Assembly (NCBI GenBank): GCA_036171775.1
Contig: JAVHRR010000021.1
Location: 1 to 41,097 of the forward strand
Direction: 5' to 3'
DNA: 41,097 nt
Origin: Minisyncoccota bacterium
GTDB lineage: Bacteria > Patescibacteriota > Minisyncoccia > Phycocordibacterales > GWA1-40-21
In this document: positions 27,791-36,756 of the stretch, in pieces
How the letters are laid out: every line of letters begins with the position of its first letter
Numbering within the stretch: position 1 is the first letter of the stretch
The notes under the pieces: model-generated
Told to the model about the DNA's origin: nothing
Database searches by the model: none
The model's input: only the letters and a program-made list of their open reading frames with translations
Translations under genes and position numbers: made by a program

Positions 27791-28735
27791 ATGAAAAAAT
27801 ATTTAATGTTTTTGTTTTTTATATCTATTTTTACTATTATAAGTTTTTTGCCAAAAAGCACTTCTGCAGCTGGTGTGTTTGAAGTAGACGATATTAAAGA
27901 CTCATACTCTGCGATTGTAGGTCAGGATTTTATTGCTACAATTTCTTTTTTTTATTCTGGTTCAGAATATAAACCAAAAGTAGTACTAGTCAGTAGAAAC
28001 TTTCCTCCTGGTCTAAAAATTGGGGCGGTCAATACTTTGGGGACTAGCTTTTACAATGTTCAATATGAAGGAGTTCCAGAAGCTATTGGTGATTATTCAT
28101 TAACATTTTCATTCACTGATGATTATGGGGCTATGGTAAATAAAAAAGTAAGTATTAAAATTATAGGATTAGTTTTTAACAATATATCAAATTTACCTAG
28201 AGCAATAGTCAACACACCATATTCATATGACATATATTATGATTACCCACAAATTTTTGGGGAAACACCCCGTATAACTTATTACAATATTCCTGAAGGG
28301 TTAGATTTATCAGAATCATTTAAACAACCGAATGCAGTTACAAATTTTTTTCACTTAAGACTAACCGCGAAAAAATCAGGAATTTATACTTTCTTAGCTA
28401 AAGTTTATTGGGGTAAAGTGCTTCTGGCATATGATATACCTCTTACTATAATTGTCGATGATGTAACCACAGTTCAAGAAAACAATCAACAACCTGTTGT
28501 TAATATTGTCCCTGTTAATGTTCCCAAGCCAATAATTGTTCCAACAAAAACTAAAAAGCAAACGACTGAAAAAATTGTTAGTGCTACAACAACTAGTGCA
28601 ATAACCACTGTAACAATCGATGCTGTTTCTAGTTCAACAACTAATTCGTTGACTGAACCAACAACAGATAAAAAAATAATTACAAAAACTGAAAAGTGGT
28701 ACACCAAACTTTGGAAATTTATCTGGAAATTATAA
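27791..28735 (+). CDS. secreted/surface protein with Ig-like beta-sandwich repeats and a Thr-rich linker
   Basis: Signal peptide; FPPGL...GVP..GDYSLTF and LPRAIVNTPYS...IPEGL repeats; amphipathic C-terminus KWYTKLWKFIWKL. Confidence 0.75.
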   Translation: MKKYLMFLFFISIFTIISFLPKSTSAAGVFEVDDIKDSYSAIVGQDFIATISFFYSGSEYKPKVVLVSRNFPPGLKIGAVNTLGTSFYNVQYEGVPEAIGDYSLTFSFTDDYGAMVNKKVSIKIIGLVFNNISNLPRAIVNTPYSYDIYYDYPQIFGETPRITYYNIPEGLDLSESFKQPNAVTNFFHLRLTAKKSGIYTFLAKVYWGKVLLAYDIPLTIIVDDVTTVQENNQQPVVNIVPVNVPKPIIVPTKTKKQTTEKIVSATTTSAITTVTIDAVSSSTTNSLTEPTTDKKIITKTEKWYTKLWKFIWKL

Positions 28736-28795
28736 TTTCGTTTTAATATTACCTGAGCCGCCACTTGAAAAAACCAAGATAATATTATTATCAAC

Positions 28796-29149
28796 ATGAA
28801 CATTTCAAGAAAAAAATTCACTATTCTTTTCATCATTTGCGGGTTCGCCTTTCTTTTTATTACCACCTCACTTTTGGGATCTACGGGCCCACGAGGCTTC
28901 CCTAAGCCACCAGACTCTTTGCTGTTAATAGACTCGCCTGTAGGCTGGAAAAGCACAATATCCACAATTATCTCACCGATAAAAATTGTGCTGATAGGAC
29001 CCTTATTATTACCAAGTGTTAATTTTTTGAAGGAAGATCCGCCACCACCATTTGTTGGAATATATTTTATTTTCTACTGGACTATCCTTGCCTTAGCTAT
29101 CCACTATCTCATCAACAAATTAATACGCTTCAAACTAACTCAGAAATAA
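28796..29149 (+). CDS. hypothetical membrane protein
   Basis: 117 aa, 2-3 hydrophobic segments, DPPPPF motif. Confidence 0.7.
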   Translation: MNISRKKFTILFIICGFAFLFITTSLLGSTGPRGFPKPPDSLLLIDSPVGWKSTISTIISPIKIVLIGPLLLPSVNFLKEDPPPPFVGIYFIFYWTILALAIHYLINKLIRFKLTQK

Positions 29150-29290
29150 AGGATCTTTTGGTGTAAGCTTAGGGCTTATGATAACGTTCTAAAGATAATA
29201 ATATAATCGAACAAAAATCTAAACTTATATACAAAACTATTATATTTGTATATAATTTAATTAATATTTAGCAATTAATAATTACATATT

Positions 29291-29992
29291 ATGAATTTTG
29301 ATCAAATTCCAACCGGAATGGAAGCTGAGCCCACAATAGTAAACATAGAAACAGATAAAGACGAACCTGAAACATTACCTGAGAAAAAAATTATTGAGGA
29401 AAATGTTGAAGCAAAAGCAAATATGGAAAACCGCTTTAAGGAGCGCCTAGACAACTTACTGTTGGAAGAAAGTGCTTTGTCAAAACATAGTGATTTATCG
29501 AGTGCAGATATTCATAATATTATCAGTTTTTTTAATTCAGGCATGGATATAGAAAATAGTTCAATATTAAATGATGAACTCAGAAAAAGAATATTCTCAG
29601 GTAATATTAATAATGAAACTATGGATAAACTTAAAAAACTAGCAGCGGAAAAAATGCAGCTTTCTACATTTCTTTATGAAAGGAAAAGAGCATATCAAGA
29701 TCTTTCTGAAGAACAAAATAACCAAAACAACGAAAATAAGCTATCGATGCTTAACGCCATCATAACAGCTCAAGATTATTTTGAAGATCATTTTTATAAA
29801 CTAGACGAAGAAAAAAACAAATTGCTAAGTTTACAGAGCCATACAGAAGAAACTCAAAAGATTGATTATGCGCAAATGAGACTAAACGAACTATATCATG
29901 CTATAACATTTAAAATTAACTCGGGTCAAAAAGACGCCCCATTATCAAAAGATCAGATAGCACAGTTTTTAAATATTGATAAATATTTATAA
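29291..29992 (+). CDS. hypothetical coiled-coil protein
   Basis: 233 aa, acidic and helical. Confidence 0.72.
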   Translation: MNFDQIPTGMEAEPTIVNIETDKDEPETLPEKKIIEENVEAKANMENRFKERLDNLLLEESALSKHSDLSSADIHNIISFFNSGMDIENSSILNDELRKRIFSGNINNETMDKLKKLAAEKMQLSTFLYERKRAYQDLSEEQNNQNNENKLSMLNAIITAQDYFEDHFYKLDEEKNKLLSLQSHTEETQKIDYAQMRLNELYHAITFKINSGQKDAPLSKDQIAQFLNIDKYL

Positions 29993-30017
29993 TCAGCGGA
30001 ATCTAAAGATAAACTAA

Positions 30018-31022
30018 GTGGAAAAATATAAAAAAAAATTATATATTGCATCTTCTGTCTTTCTACTAATTGTATTGATAGTATTGTTGCTGCCAGCTTT
30101 TTTGAGATATTCTATAAAAAACAATGATACTTTGCGAGTAGACGCAATCAGCGAATTCCCCGTTACCGTCGACCCTAAAAATAAAACTATAACTGAAGAT
30201 AAGGTGGTCAACGAATTTCTAGCAGAAAAACATTCTTTATTGGGAGCAACCGTCATCGAGAGCGGAGGTTATTTATGGAATATGTTCGAAAATATCGCAC
30301 TATCGATAGTAAACGCACCTTGGTATCAAAATACAGCTAGTGTTGGAGATCGATTTGTAACTATCAAACCAGGCATGAGAAAAGAACAAGTTGCTAATAT
30401 TTTTGGAAACATTTTGAGTTGGAACAATAAGCAAAAAAATGAATTTATTACCCCTACAGGCAGCTCAACCTTACCGCTAATAGAGGGGTCTTTTACTCCG
30501 GGACTTTACCCGATCATAATCGGTATGACTCCAGGAGAAGTACAATCAATAATAAACGAACGTTTTTCTGATAAAATATTGTCTCATTATGGATCGTCTA
30601 CGCAGGAAATCGTTCCGTTGGAAGATGCTTTAATAATAGCTTCGCTTATACAAAGAGAAACAATAAGTACAGACGGCATGCGTCTAATATCAGGCATTAT
30701 GTGGAATAGACTGTTTCTGGGAATGAATCTTCAAATAGACTCGTCACTCCAATATGCGAAGGCAAATAAAAGCTCGAAAGCTGGCTGGTGGCCAAAAGTA
30801 GTACCGAGCGATAAATATATAGCGTCACCTTTCAATACATACAAATATAATGGTCTGCCACCGACTCCGATAGCAAGCCCATCAGTTGAGGCTGTTTTGG
30901 CAGCATTAAATCCAATAAATACTTCCTGCTTATTTTACTTTAATGACAGAACTGGGGCTTTTCATTGTTCTGACAATTATGCAGGCCATGTATCGTCAAT
31001 AAAAAAATATTACAATAATTAA
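30018..31022 (+). CDS. mltG: endolytic transglycosylase MltG (YceG)
   Basis: N-terminal TM, TIKPGMR, IEGSFTPGLY, IASLIQRE, NRLFLGMNLQID, SPFNTYKYNGLPPTPI. Confidence 0.93.
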   Translation: MEKYKKKLYIASSVFLLIVLIVLLLPAFLRYSIKNNDTLRVDAISEFPVTVDPKNKTITEDKVVNEFLAEKHSLLGATVIESGGYLWNMFENIALSIVNAPWYQNTASVGDRFVTIKPGMRKEQVANIFGNILSWNNKQKNEFITPTGSSTLPLIEGSFTPGLYPIIIGMTPGEVQSIINERFSDKILSHYGSSTQEIVPLEDALIIASLIQRETISTDGMRLISGIMWNRLFLGMNLQIDSSLQYAKANKSSKAGWWPKVVPSDKYIASPFNTYKYNGLPPTPIASPSVEAVLAALNPINTSCLFYFNDRTGAFHCSDNYAGHVSSIKKYYNN

Positions 31023-31129
31023 TCTGGTATATAATAAAATCAAAATGTTGATGAAAGAAAGTGGCGTGAATATAAAGTTAATAAATAAATACACACTAAA
31101 ATATTTAAGGATATGTATAAAGGCGTCCG

Positions 31130-31321
31130 CTACTGCGGACGCCTTTCCTCATTTTCATTTTTGGGAAGTAGATCAATTAAGCCGGGCCGTTTTGGTGTTT
31201 GTTCATCGGCTATTACAAATACGACTTTAAAATCAGAGCCGTATTTGTAAATAATTTTTTTGAGTTTTTTCCCACTTAACCCCTTGGTTTTCACCATATA
31301 CACAGCCATTTTTTTCATAAT
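31130..31321 (-). CDS. hypothetical small protein (start near 31318-31321)
   Basis: GGAG SD before MKKMAVY; basic protein of about 62 aa. Confidence 0.45.
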   Translation of the reverse strand: MMKKMAVYMVKTKGLSGKKLKKIIYKYGSDFKVVFVIADEQTPKRPGLIDLLPKNENEERRPQ

Positions 31322-31524
31322 CTCCTCCAGAGCTATTTGATACTTACTCAAAAAGTTTACCATGTATATTAGTCTATGTCAATGTCTATGTCCCAGATGT
31401 ATTAATCAACTTTATATATTTCAAAACCTCATTTTTTTTATGATATAATGTGCAAAGTCAATTTATCAGTTTTCTTATTTATTTTTAACACAAAATAAAA
31501 AATACTAACAAAATTTTAACTGGT

Positions 31525-32154
31525 TTGTCCTTATTAATTATTTTAATTTCCATCCAAACGTTAGTTGCCTACAAATTGCATAACGATGTCATTTTCAATA
31601 CAGAACAAATCAAAAATATTGAAATTCCTTTACAGTTGTCGGTTCAAAAAATTTTAAGTTATGATTCTATATTGACTGTCGATGCTGATGCTAGTCTAAT
31701 TCATGCCCAAAAGGGAGACTATACCAAAACTCCTTATCATAAAACACGATATGATGAGTACGAAGTAAAATTAGACAACCTTTTAAAAAATGACATCGAA
31801 GTTTTGTTAGCTCAAAGTAAAATTGAACAAGAAAATAAAGATAAAATTATTGCACTTATTGCAGCGAGACGAGAAATTAAAATGGAAAGAGTTGATATTG
31901 AGAAAAAAACTTTTCAGGCAATTGAGCAAAAAGATATAAATACTGCATATAATTTATTAAGTAGCGATAAGTATGACGCACTCAAAGACACGCTTTATAA
32001 AAACTGGGGCGATATTGTTTCCGAATTACCTTCTGATTCAATCAGTAAAAGTGCTACTGATAAATCTCAACAGGACTTATACTTTAATTTAATTGTTTCA
32101 ATTTTGAACGTTATTATTATAATAATAATATTTAAAACTCGAAATTTGTTTTAA
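31525..32154 (+). CDS. membrane protein with a four-helix-bundle extracytoplasmic sensor-like domain
   Basis: TM-helical domain-TM; YDSILT, EKKTFQAI...AYNLLSSDKYDALK; no cytoplasmic output domain; start uncertain. Confidence 0.62.
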   Translation: MSLLIILISIQTLVAYKLHNDVIFNTEQIKNIEIPLQLSVQKILSYDSILTVDADASLIHAQKGDYTKTPYHKTRYDEYEVKLDNLLKNDIEVLLAQSKIEQENKDKIIALIAARREIKMERVDIEKKTFQAIEQKDINTAYNLLSSDKYDALKDTLYKNWGDIVSELPSDSISKSATDKSQQDLYFNLIVSILNVIIIIIIFKTRNLF

Positions 32155-32197
32155 TATTAACAAACCACATCAGTTCAGAGCACACTAAGTAGCTATT

Positions 32198-32228
32198 AAA
32201 AAAACCCACCAGTTGGTGGGTCTTTTTT
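32198..32228. terminator. bidirectional terminator
   Basis: AAAAAAACCCACC-AGTT-GGTGGGTCTTTTTT. Confidence 0.75.
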
Positions 32229-32271
32229 GTCATTTCTCCAATCCTCCTTGGAAAATGATTGGTATCGTAAA

Positions 32272-32733
32272 CTACTTGCGGATAGCTGCGAATCTGCAGA
32301 TATCGCTCCAGTCATTCTTGATATTGTATAAACGAAGCTGGCGGCTAAGGGAGAAACCATAGATGAACGCCACGTGGCTAACTCCTTCGAGCGCGCACAC
32401 GGATCCAAACGCTACGATAAGGTGCTCCCTCTGAAGGTTTGGGTATTTTACAGCCAAGCTGAGCAGGTCTTGTATCGTTATAGGTACATAACCCCTCTTC
32501 TTCATCTCGCTTATCGCGACTTCAGAAGAAACGGACTTGTTGAATGAAAAAAGCGCAATCTTCTTCACAGTGCTTTTTCCACCGCTCACCTTAGGAAAGT
32601 GAACAGAAGTGATCTGGCTGTTGCTGAAAGTAAGCTTCGCATTCTCAACCATTTTTTCTACGTTGAGAGTCTCGTCTACAGGAACCGTTACTGTCATGGC
32701 GATACGGCATTTAACCTTTGTGGCTGTTTTCAT
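32272..32733 (-). CDS. hypothetical protein
   Basis: 153 aa, GGGGGA SD; EMKKRGY.P....LL.LA..YP.LQR pattern. Confidence 0.72.
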   Translation of the reverse strand: MKTATKVKCRIAMTVTVPVDETLNVEKMVENAKLTFSNSQITSVHFPKVSGGKSTVKKIALFSFNKSVSSEVAISEMKKRGYVPITIQDLLSLAVKYPNLQREHLIVAFGSVCALEGVSHVAFIYGFSLSRQLRLYNIKNDWSDICRFAAIRK

Positions 32734-32891
32734 TTTTCCCCCATAACTCGTTTTATGATAGCTTTTGAAAGCTTTGCTGAAAGAACAAGATGAATTTATA
32801 TCTCAATTTTACATATTAGTCAATTGATATAGACAAAGCTCACACAGCATTGCGCTGTTGACAGCAAATATTTATGTGCTAAAATATTACC

Positions 32892-33070
32892 AATCTCGAA
32901 ATCGCTTGGCGGGTAGCGAGACAATAAACCAACAGCCAAGTCACTTGCTGCAGTAACGATTCCCGGTTAGCAAGTGGTCGACAGGGACTAATCCATAGGC
33001 GGCTACGGCTTATGGAGGTAAAAAACAGTGGCCCTCCGGATCGCTATCAAGGCGCGTCCGGAGGCTTTTT
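32892..33070 (+). ncRNA. candidate ~180-nt structured RNA
   Basis: TTGACA 32858-32863 and TGcTAAAAT 32877-32885; several helices; terminal CCTCCGGA/TCCGGAGG hairpin plus T-tract; no credible ORF. Confidence 0.5.
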
Positions 33071-33073
33071 CAT

Positions 33074-34900
33074 TTATTTATAACCTTTTGCTTGAATGTT
33101 AAACGCAGTGTAATACTTCCCTTTCAGTTTCAAAAGTTGTCTATGGTTTCCGCACTCAACAATTTCTCCTTTATCTAATACATATATTTTGTCAGCATTT
33201 CGTACGGTAGAAAAACGGTGTGAAATAATAATAACGGTTTTGTTAGTAAAGAATTTATAAATCTTTCCAAATATTTCTGCTTCCGAAACTGCGTCTATAG
33301 ATGCAGTCGGTTCATCAAATACCACCACTGGTGAATTACGATAAAAAAATCTTGCAATGGCAATCTTTTGCCATTGTCCTGTGCTTGGTCTTGTTCCGCC
33401 TTTAAATTTCTCACTTAATATCTGTTCGTATCCTTTCTTATAGTCACCTACAAAAGAATCAACATTGGCCTGTTCTGCGGCTGCTTTTATGTGAGCAATG
33501 TTTAATGATTTACTAGCTTCTCCCAAATGAATGTTTTCTTTAAGAGTCAAATATCCATATGTGTTGAAATCTTGAAACAGCACACCCAAATTTTTGTACC
33601 AATCTTCTATTTTGATTTCATTAATATTGATATCGTTCAATAAAATTTCACCTTTATCAATTTTGTAAAATCTACTCAAAAGCTTTACAAGGGTTGTCTT
33701 TCCAGCGCCGTTTTCTCCTACTATAGCTATCTTTTCTCCTGGTTTAATGTCGAAACTTAAATTTTTAATAACGTGCTTGTCTGCACCTGGATATTTAAAA
33801 CTAATATTATTAAATTTGATAGAAGGAGCATTTTCAAGCTTTGGTAATTTAATATTGCCATCTACTACCATAGTTTTCATTTCAAAAACCATCTTGATTT
33901 CTCTTGTTCTTGCAGATCGTTCGTAAAGTGAACTAAAATTGCTACCAAAAGATGACAGATTACCAACAAACATATCCAAAACTCTCATCTGGAAAGTGAC
34001 ATCTCCTATTGATATTATTTTGTAGAACAAATTCTTCAATATTGAAAAATATCCAAAAATACTTGCGATATCCGTAATAGAACCCAAAAAAAAGCCATAG
34101 GTCTGCCAACTTCTCATTATTTTTAAATCAACAGAGACATATCGTTCTGCAAATTCGGTGTAAACATTTCCTAACGATTTAAACGCAGAAGTTATTGTTA
34201 TTTCTTGTAGGTTTTCGGTATTGTTTAATGAACCGACCGCTGAGTTGGCTCTACGTCTGTTTTCAGTCTGTGAACGCCACCATTCCCAATCTTGTTTCAT
34301 ATGAATTCTATTAGAAATAAGCTCTGGTATAATTGCAAGAATGATAATCAAAGCGATAATTGGCATTATCTTTATGACGATAACTGATGCTGAAATCAGT
34401 ACAATAATTCTAGAAAAAAACATTATCATTCTTTCAAAGTCACCGCTAAGCGAGCCTATTGTGTCTTTTGCTCTTTGGACCTTATTAACAACTTCTGGGT
34501 TCTCTAATGTTTGAATTCCGAGCGAATTGATATGCTTAGCCAAAATTAACGGTACCGTATATCCTGAAGCTTGATTCATAACACTAGAGACGTAACCGTA
34601 AATAGAGTTTAAGGCAGAAATTGCCAAATTAAAAATAAGCAAAAGACCTAACAGTGGAATGGTGTCGTTAATATTTGAATTGGAGCTGCTAGCAATAATT
34701 ATTATTTTATCAATAAGTCTTGCGAAAATAAAAGCATTAAACAAAGGGCTAGTGTCTAAAATAGTCCTTATTACAATCTGCGCTGTAGCCGCCCAAGGAG
34801 AAAGCTTAAAATTAAAAACAAATAACCACTTGAGTGTGGCTAGGAATTCAAAGAAAGAAAGTGTCTGCTTCTTATTGTCTATTGTTTTATTATCCATCAA
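33074..34900 (-). CDS. ABC exporter, fused permease/ATP-binding protein
   Basis: N-terminal TMs; GENGAGKTT; variant signature PSTGQWQKIAIAR; VVFDEPT; ISHRFST. Confidence 0.95.
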   Translation of the reverse strand: MMDNKTIDNKKQTLSFFEFLATLKWLFVFNFKLSPWAATAQIVIRTILDTSPLFNAFIFARLIDKIIIIASSSNSNINDTIPLLGLLLIFNLAISALNSIYGYVSSVMNQASGYTVPLILAKHINSLGIQTLENPEVVNKVQRAKDTIGSLSGDFERMIMFFSRIIVLISASVIVIKIMPIIALIIILAIIPELISNRIHMKQDWEWWRSQTENRRRANSAVGSLNNTENLQEITITSAFKSLGNVYTEFAERYVSVDLKIMRSWQTYGFFLGSITDIASIFGYFSILKNLFYKIISIGDVTFQMRVLDMFVGNLSSFGSNFSSLYERSARTREIKMVFEMKTMVVDGNIKLPKLENAPSIKFNNISFKYPGADKHVIKNLSFDIKPGEKIAIVGENGAGKTTLVKLLSRFYKIDKGEILLNDININEIKIEDWYKNLGVLFQDFNTYGYLTLKENIHLGEASKSLNIAHIKAAAEQANVDSFVGDYKKGYEQILSEKFKGGTRPSTGQWQKIAIARFFYRNSPVVVFDEPTASIDAVSEAEIFGKIYKFFTNKTVIIISHRFSTVRNADKIYVLDKGEIVECGNHRQLLKLKGKYYTAFNIQAKGYK

Positions 34901-34987
34901 TAATTATATTAATTAATAACTAATAAATTGATTGCAACTAAACTGAGTCAAAGTATACCATATATACTAAATTAAAAAAAAGACATG

Positions 34988-35543
34988 AAAAAAGGGACAA
35001 CCGCAAGCGGCTGTCCCTTATTTAAAGTGTGAAAGTCTTCCTAGGTGGCTGTACACCTATGGGATGATATTGTCGCCAATTTCGTTGAGCTTTGTAGCCC
35101 ATTGATTTCGTTGACGTCGTACCTGCTAATTGGTTGTAAGCGGGTTTGACTGTTAATCAGGAAGAACTTTCTGCCTTGGCCAGAGTAGATATCAGGTTGG
35201 CAACCCGGTATCTTGTGCCTATAAAGACAGACCAGCGGTCCGTAGTTATTCTAGGGGATAAGAAAGTGTTTTAAAGACCTTGCGGTCAGTAACACTCAAG
35301 CGCGATGCCGGCTTGGGAACCTTTAGGGTTCGCCGAGCTTTGCATTGCGCTCCTGCACTTTTTCCTGTTCGCGGTTTTGGGCGACTCTATTGATGACTTG
35401 TTAAAGGCCATCTTAGTGGAAGCTTACGTCTGCGGTTGGTTCGGCTTGTCTTGTCTGCAAGTCGGACTCAGGCATCTGTCGTACGTGTACGAAGAAATTT
35501 GTTTGGCTTTAAAAGAACACTTCACTTACACTTTTTATGGTGT
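34988..35543 (-). ncRNA. candidate large (~550 nt) multi-hairpin RNA
   Basis: Minus-strand TTGACA (35572-35577) and TATACT (35550-35555); terminator 34988-35019; GC-rich with many hairpins; no minus-strand ORF of 60 aa or more. Confidence 0.55.
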
Positions 35544-35698
35544 CATACGAGTATAGACGATTATAAATTATTGTCAAACTTCACCTGTGGATAACTTTTT
35601 TAATACACCTTTGACAGAAATAGATTTCTTTTGTAAAGTATTTCGGGAATGTCATCATGATTTTCTTCGAGCAAAACAAATCAAGGGGGAAATTTAAA

Positions 35699-35875
35699 AT
35701 GTCAAAGAAAATGGATGAGAACGAAAAGAAAGTGAAGAAGCTTCTCAAGGATGGAGAATACGACAAGGCTTCAGAAAAGATCATCAAGCTTTCGAAAGAA
35801 AAGCAGACCGAATACTTCGATGTTCTCGTGCAGCTGCGGCTGAAGGCCGCCGAAAAAGAAGAAGTGGCCGACTAA
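35699..35875 (+). CDS. hypothetical small helical protein
   Basis: ATG 35699 after AAGGGGGA; followed by a terminator. Confidence 0.65.
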   Translation: MSKKMDENEKKVKKLLKDGEYDKASEKIIKLSKEKQTEYFDVLVQLRLKAAEKEEVAD

Positions 35876-35889
35876 GTCCGGCAAAGAAT

Positions 35890-35919
35890 AATGAGCGCCC
35901 ATTTATGGGCGCTCATTTT
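35890..35919 (+). terminator. intrinsic terminator
   Basis: AATGAGCGCCCAT-TT-ATGGGCGCTCATTTT. Confidence 0.8.
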
Positions 35920-35981
35920 GCATATTAATTAATCACTTAATATATCTTTGCATTATTTTAAGTAACATATAGAATATTGTC

Positions 35982-36596
35982 ATGATATTGGCATCAATTG
36001 TTACCTTAATAATTATTTTTATAATAAATGTTATTCCAGCTTTCATGCCACCCACATGGATTTTACTATCCTTTGTGGGTTTTACTTTTAATTTTAATAA
36101 TTATGATCTTATTGTTATCTCTATTTTTGCAGCCATAGCTGCTACGTCAGGTAGAGCGGTACTCGCCATATTTGCAGACCGAATAATAAGAAATAAAATA
36201 CTGAGTGAATCTAGCAGGGACAATGTTGATGTTTTAAAAAACAATATTGAAAAAAAGAAAGCATTTACCTTTGGCTTTTTTCTTTTTTATGCATTTTCTC
36301 CGCTACCGTCGGGACAATTATTTTTGGCTTACGGTCTTACCGAATTAAAATTAATTTTTGCGATAGCGCCATTTTTTATTGGAAGACTGATAAGCTATTT
36401 ATTTTGGGTATTCACAGCCTCTGGGATTTCAGAGCTCACCAGCTTAACCAACCTACAGTCTGGATTTTTCTTTGGTGGATATTTTATTGTTGCCCAATTG
36501 TCGGCTTTATATTTAGTTTACTTATTTGTTAAAATTGATTGGAATATTTTATTTACTGAACGCAAAATTAAGTTTATAAAGAAAATCGTAGACTAG
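35982..36596 (+). CDS. DedA/VTT-like membrane protein
   Basis: NVIPAFMPPTW, ATSGR, FSPLPS, FFIGR; multiple TMs. Confidence 0.75.
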   Translation: MILASIVTLIIIFIINVIPAFMPPTWILLSFVGFTFNFNNYDLIVISIFAAIAATSGRAVLAIFADRIIRNKILSESSRDNVDVLKNNIEKKKAFTFGFFLFYAFSPLPSGQLFLAYGLTELKLIFAIAPFFIGRLISYLFWVFTASGISELTSLTNLQSGFFFGGYFIVAQLSALYLVYLFVKIDWNILFTERKIKFIKKIVD

Positions 36597-36645
36597 TCTA
36601 ACTCTTTTTTACTATTAAAACTGTGAGCTATGATACTCCTTATTC

Positions 36646-36726
36646 TGTCATCCTCGCTTCGGCGGGGATCCAGGTTGCATTATGTTAATTCAATTCGCTT
36701 GGATCCCCGCATCCGCGAGGATAACA
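36646..36726. repeat. REP/RPE-like paired palindromic element
   Basis: TGTCATCCTCGCTTCGGCGGGGATCCA...TGGATCCCCGCATCCGCGAGGATAACA, the GTCATCC.CGC...GGATCCA/TGGAT.CCCGC...GATGAC type, between convergent genes. Confidence 0.75.
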
Positions 36727-36756
36727 ATTCAGGGAGTTGGTAATTCAAAATTTTAA

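Noticed and set aside
34988-35543. RNase P RNA, tmRNA or group I/II intron
   Set aside because: No GAGGAAAGUCC-type P4 motif, tRNA-like ends or splice-site hallmarks recognised on either strand.
35305-35556. 83-aa ORF (+)
   Set aside because: No SD or motif, and it runs against the promoter-terminator orientation; likely a chance ORF in GC-rich DNA.
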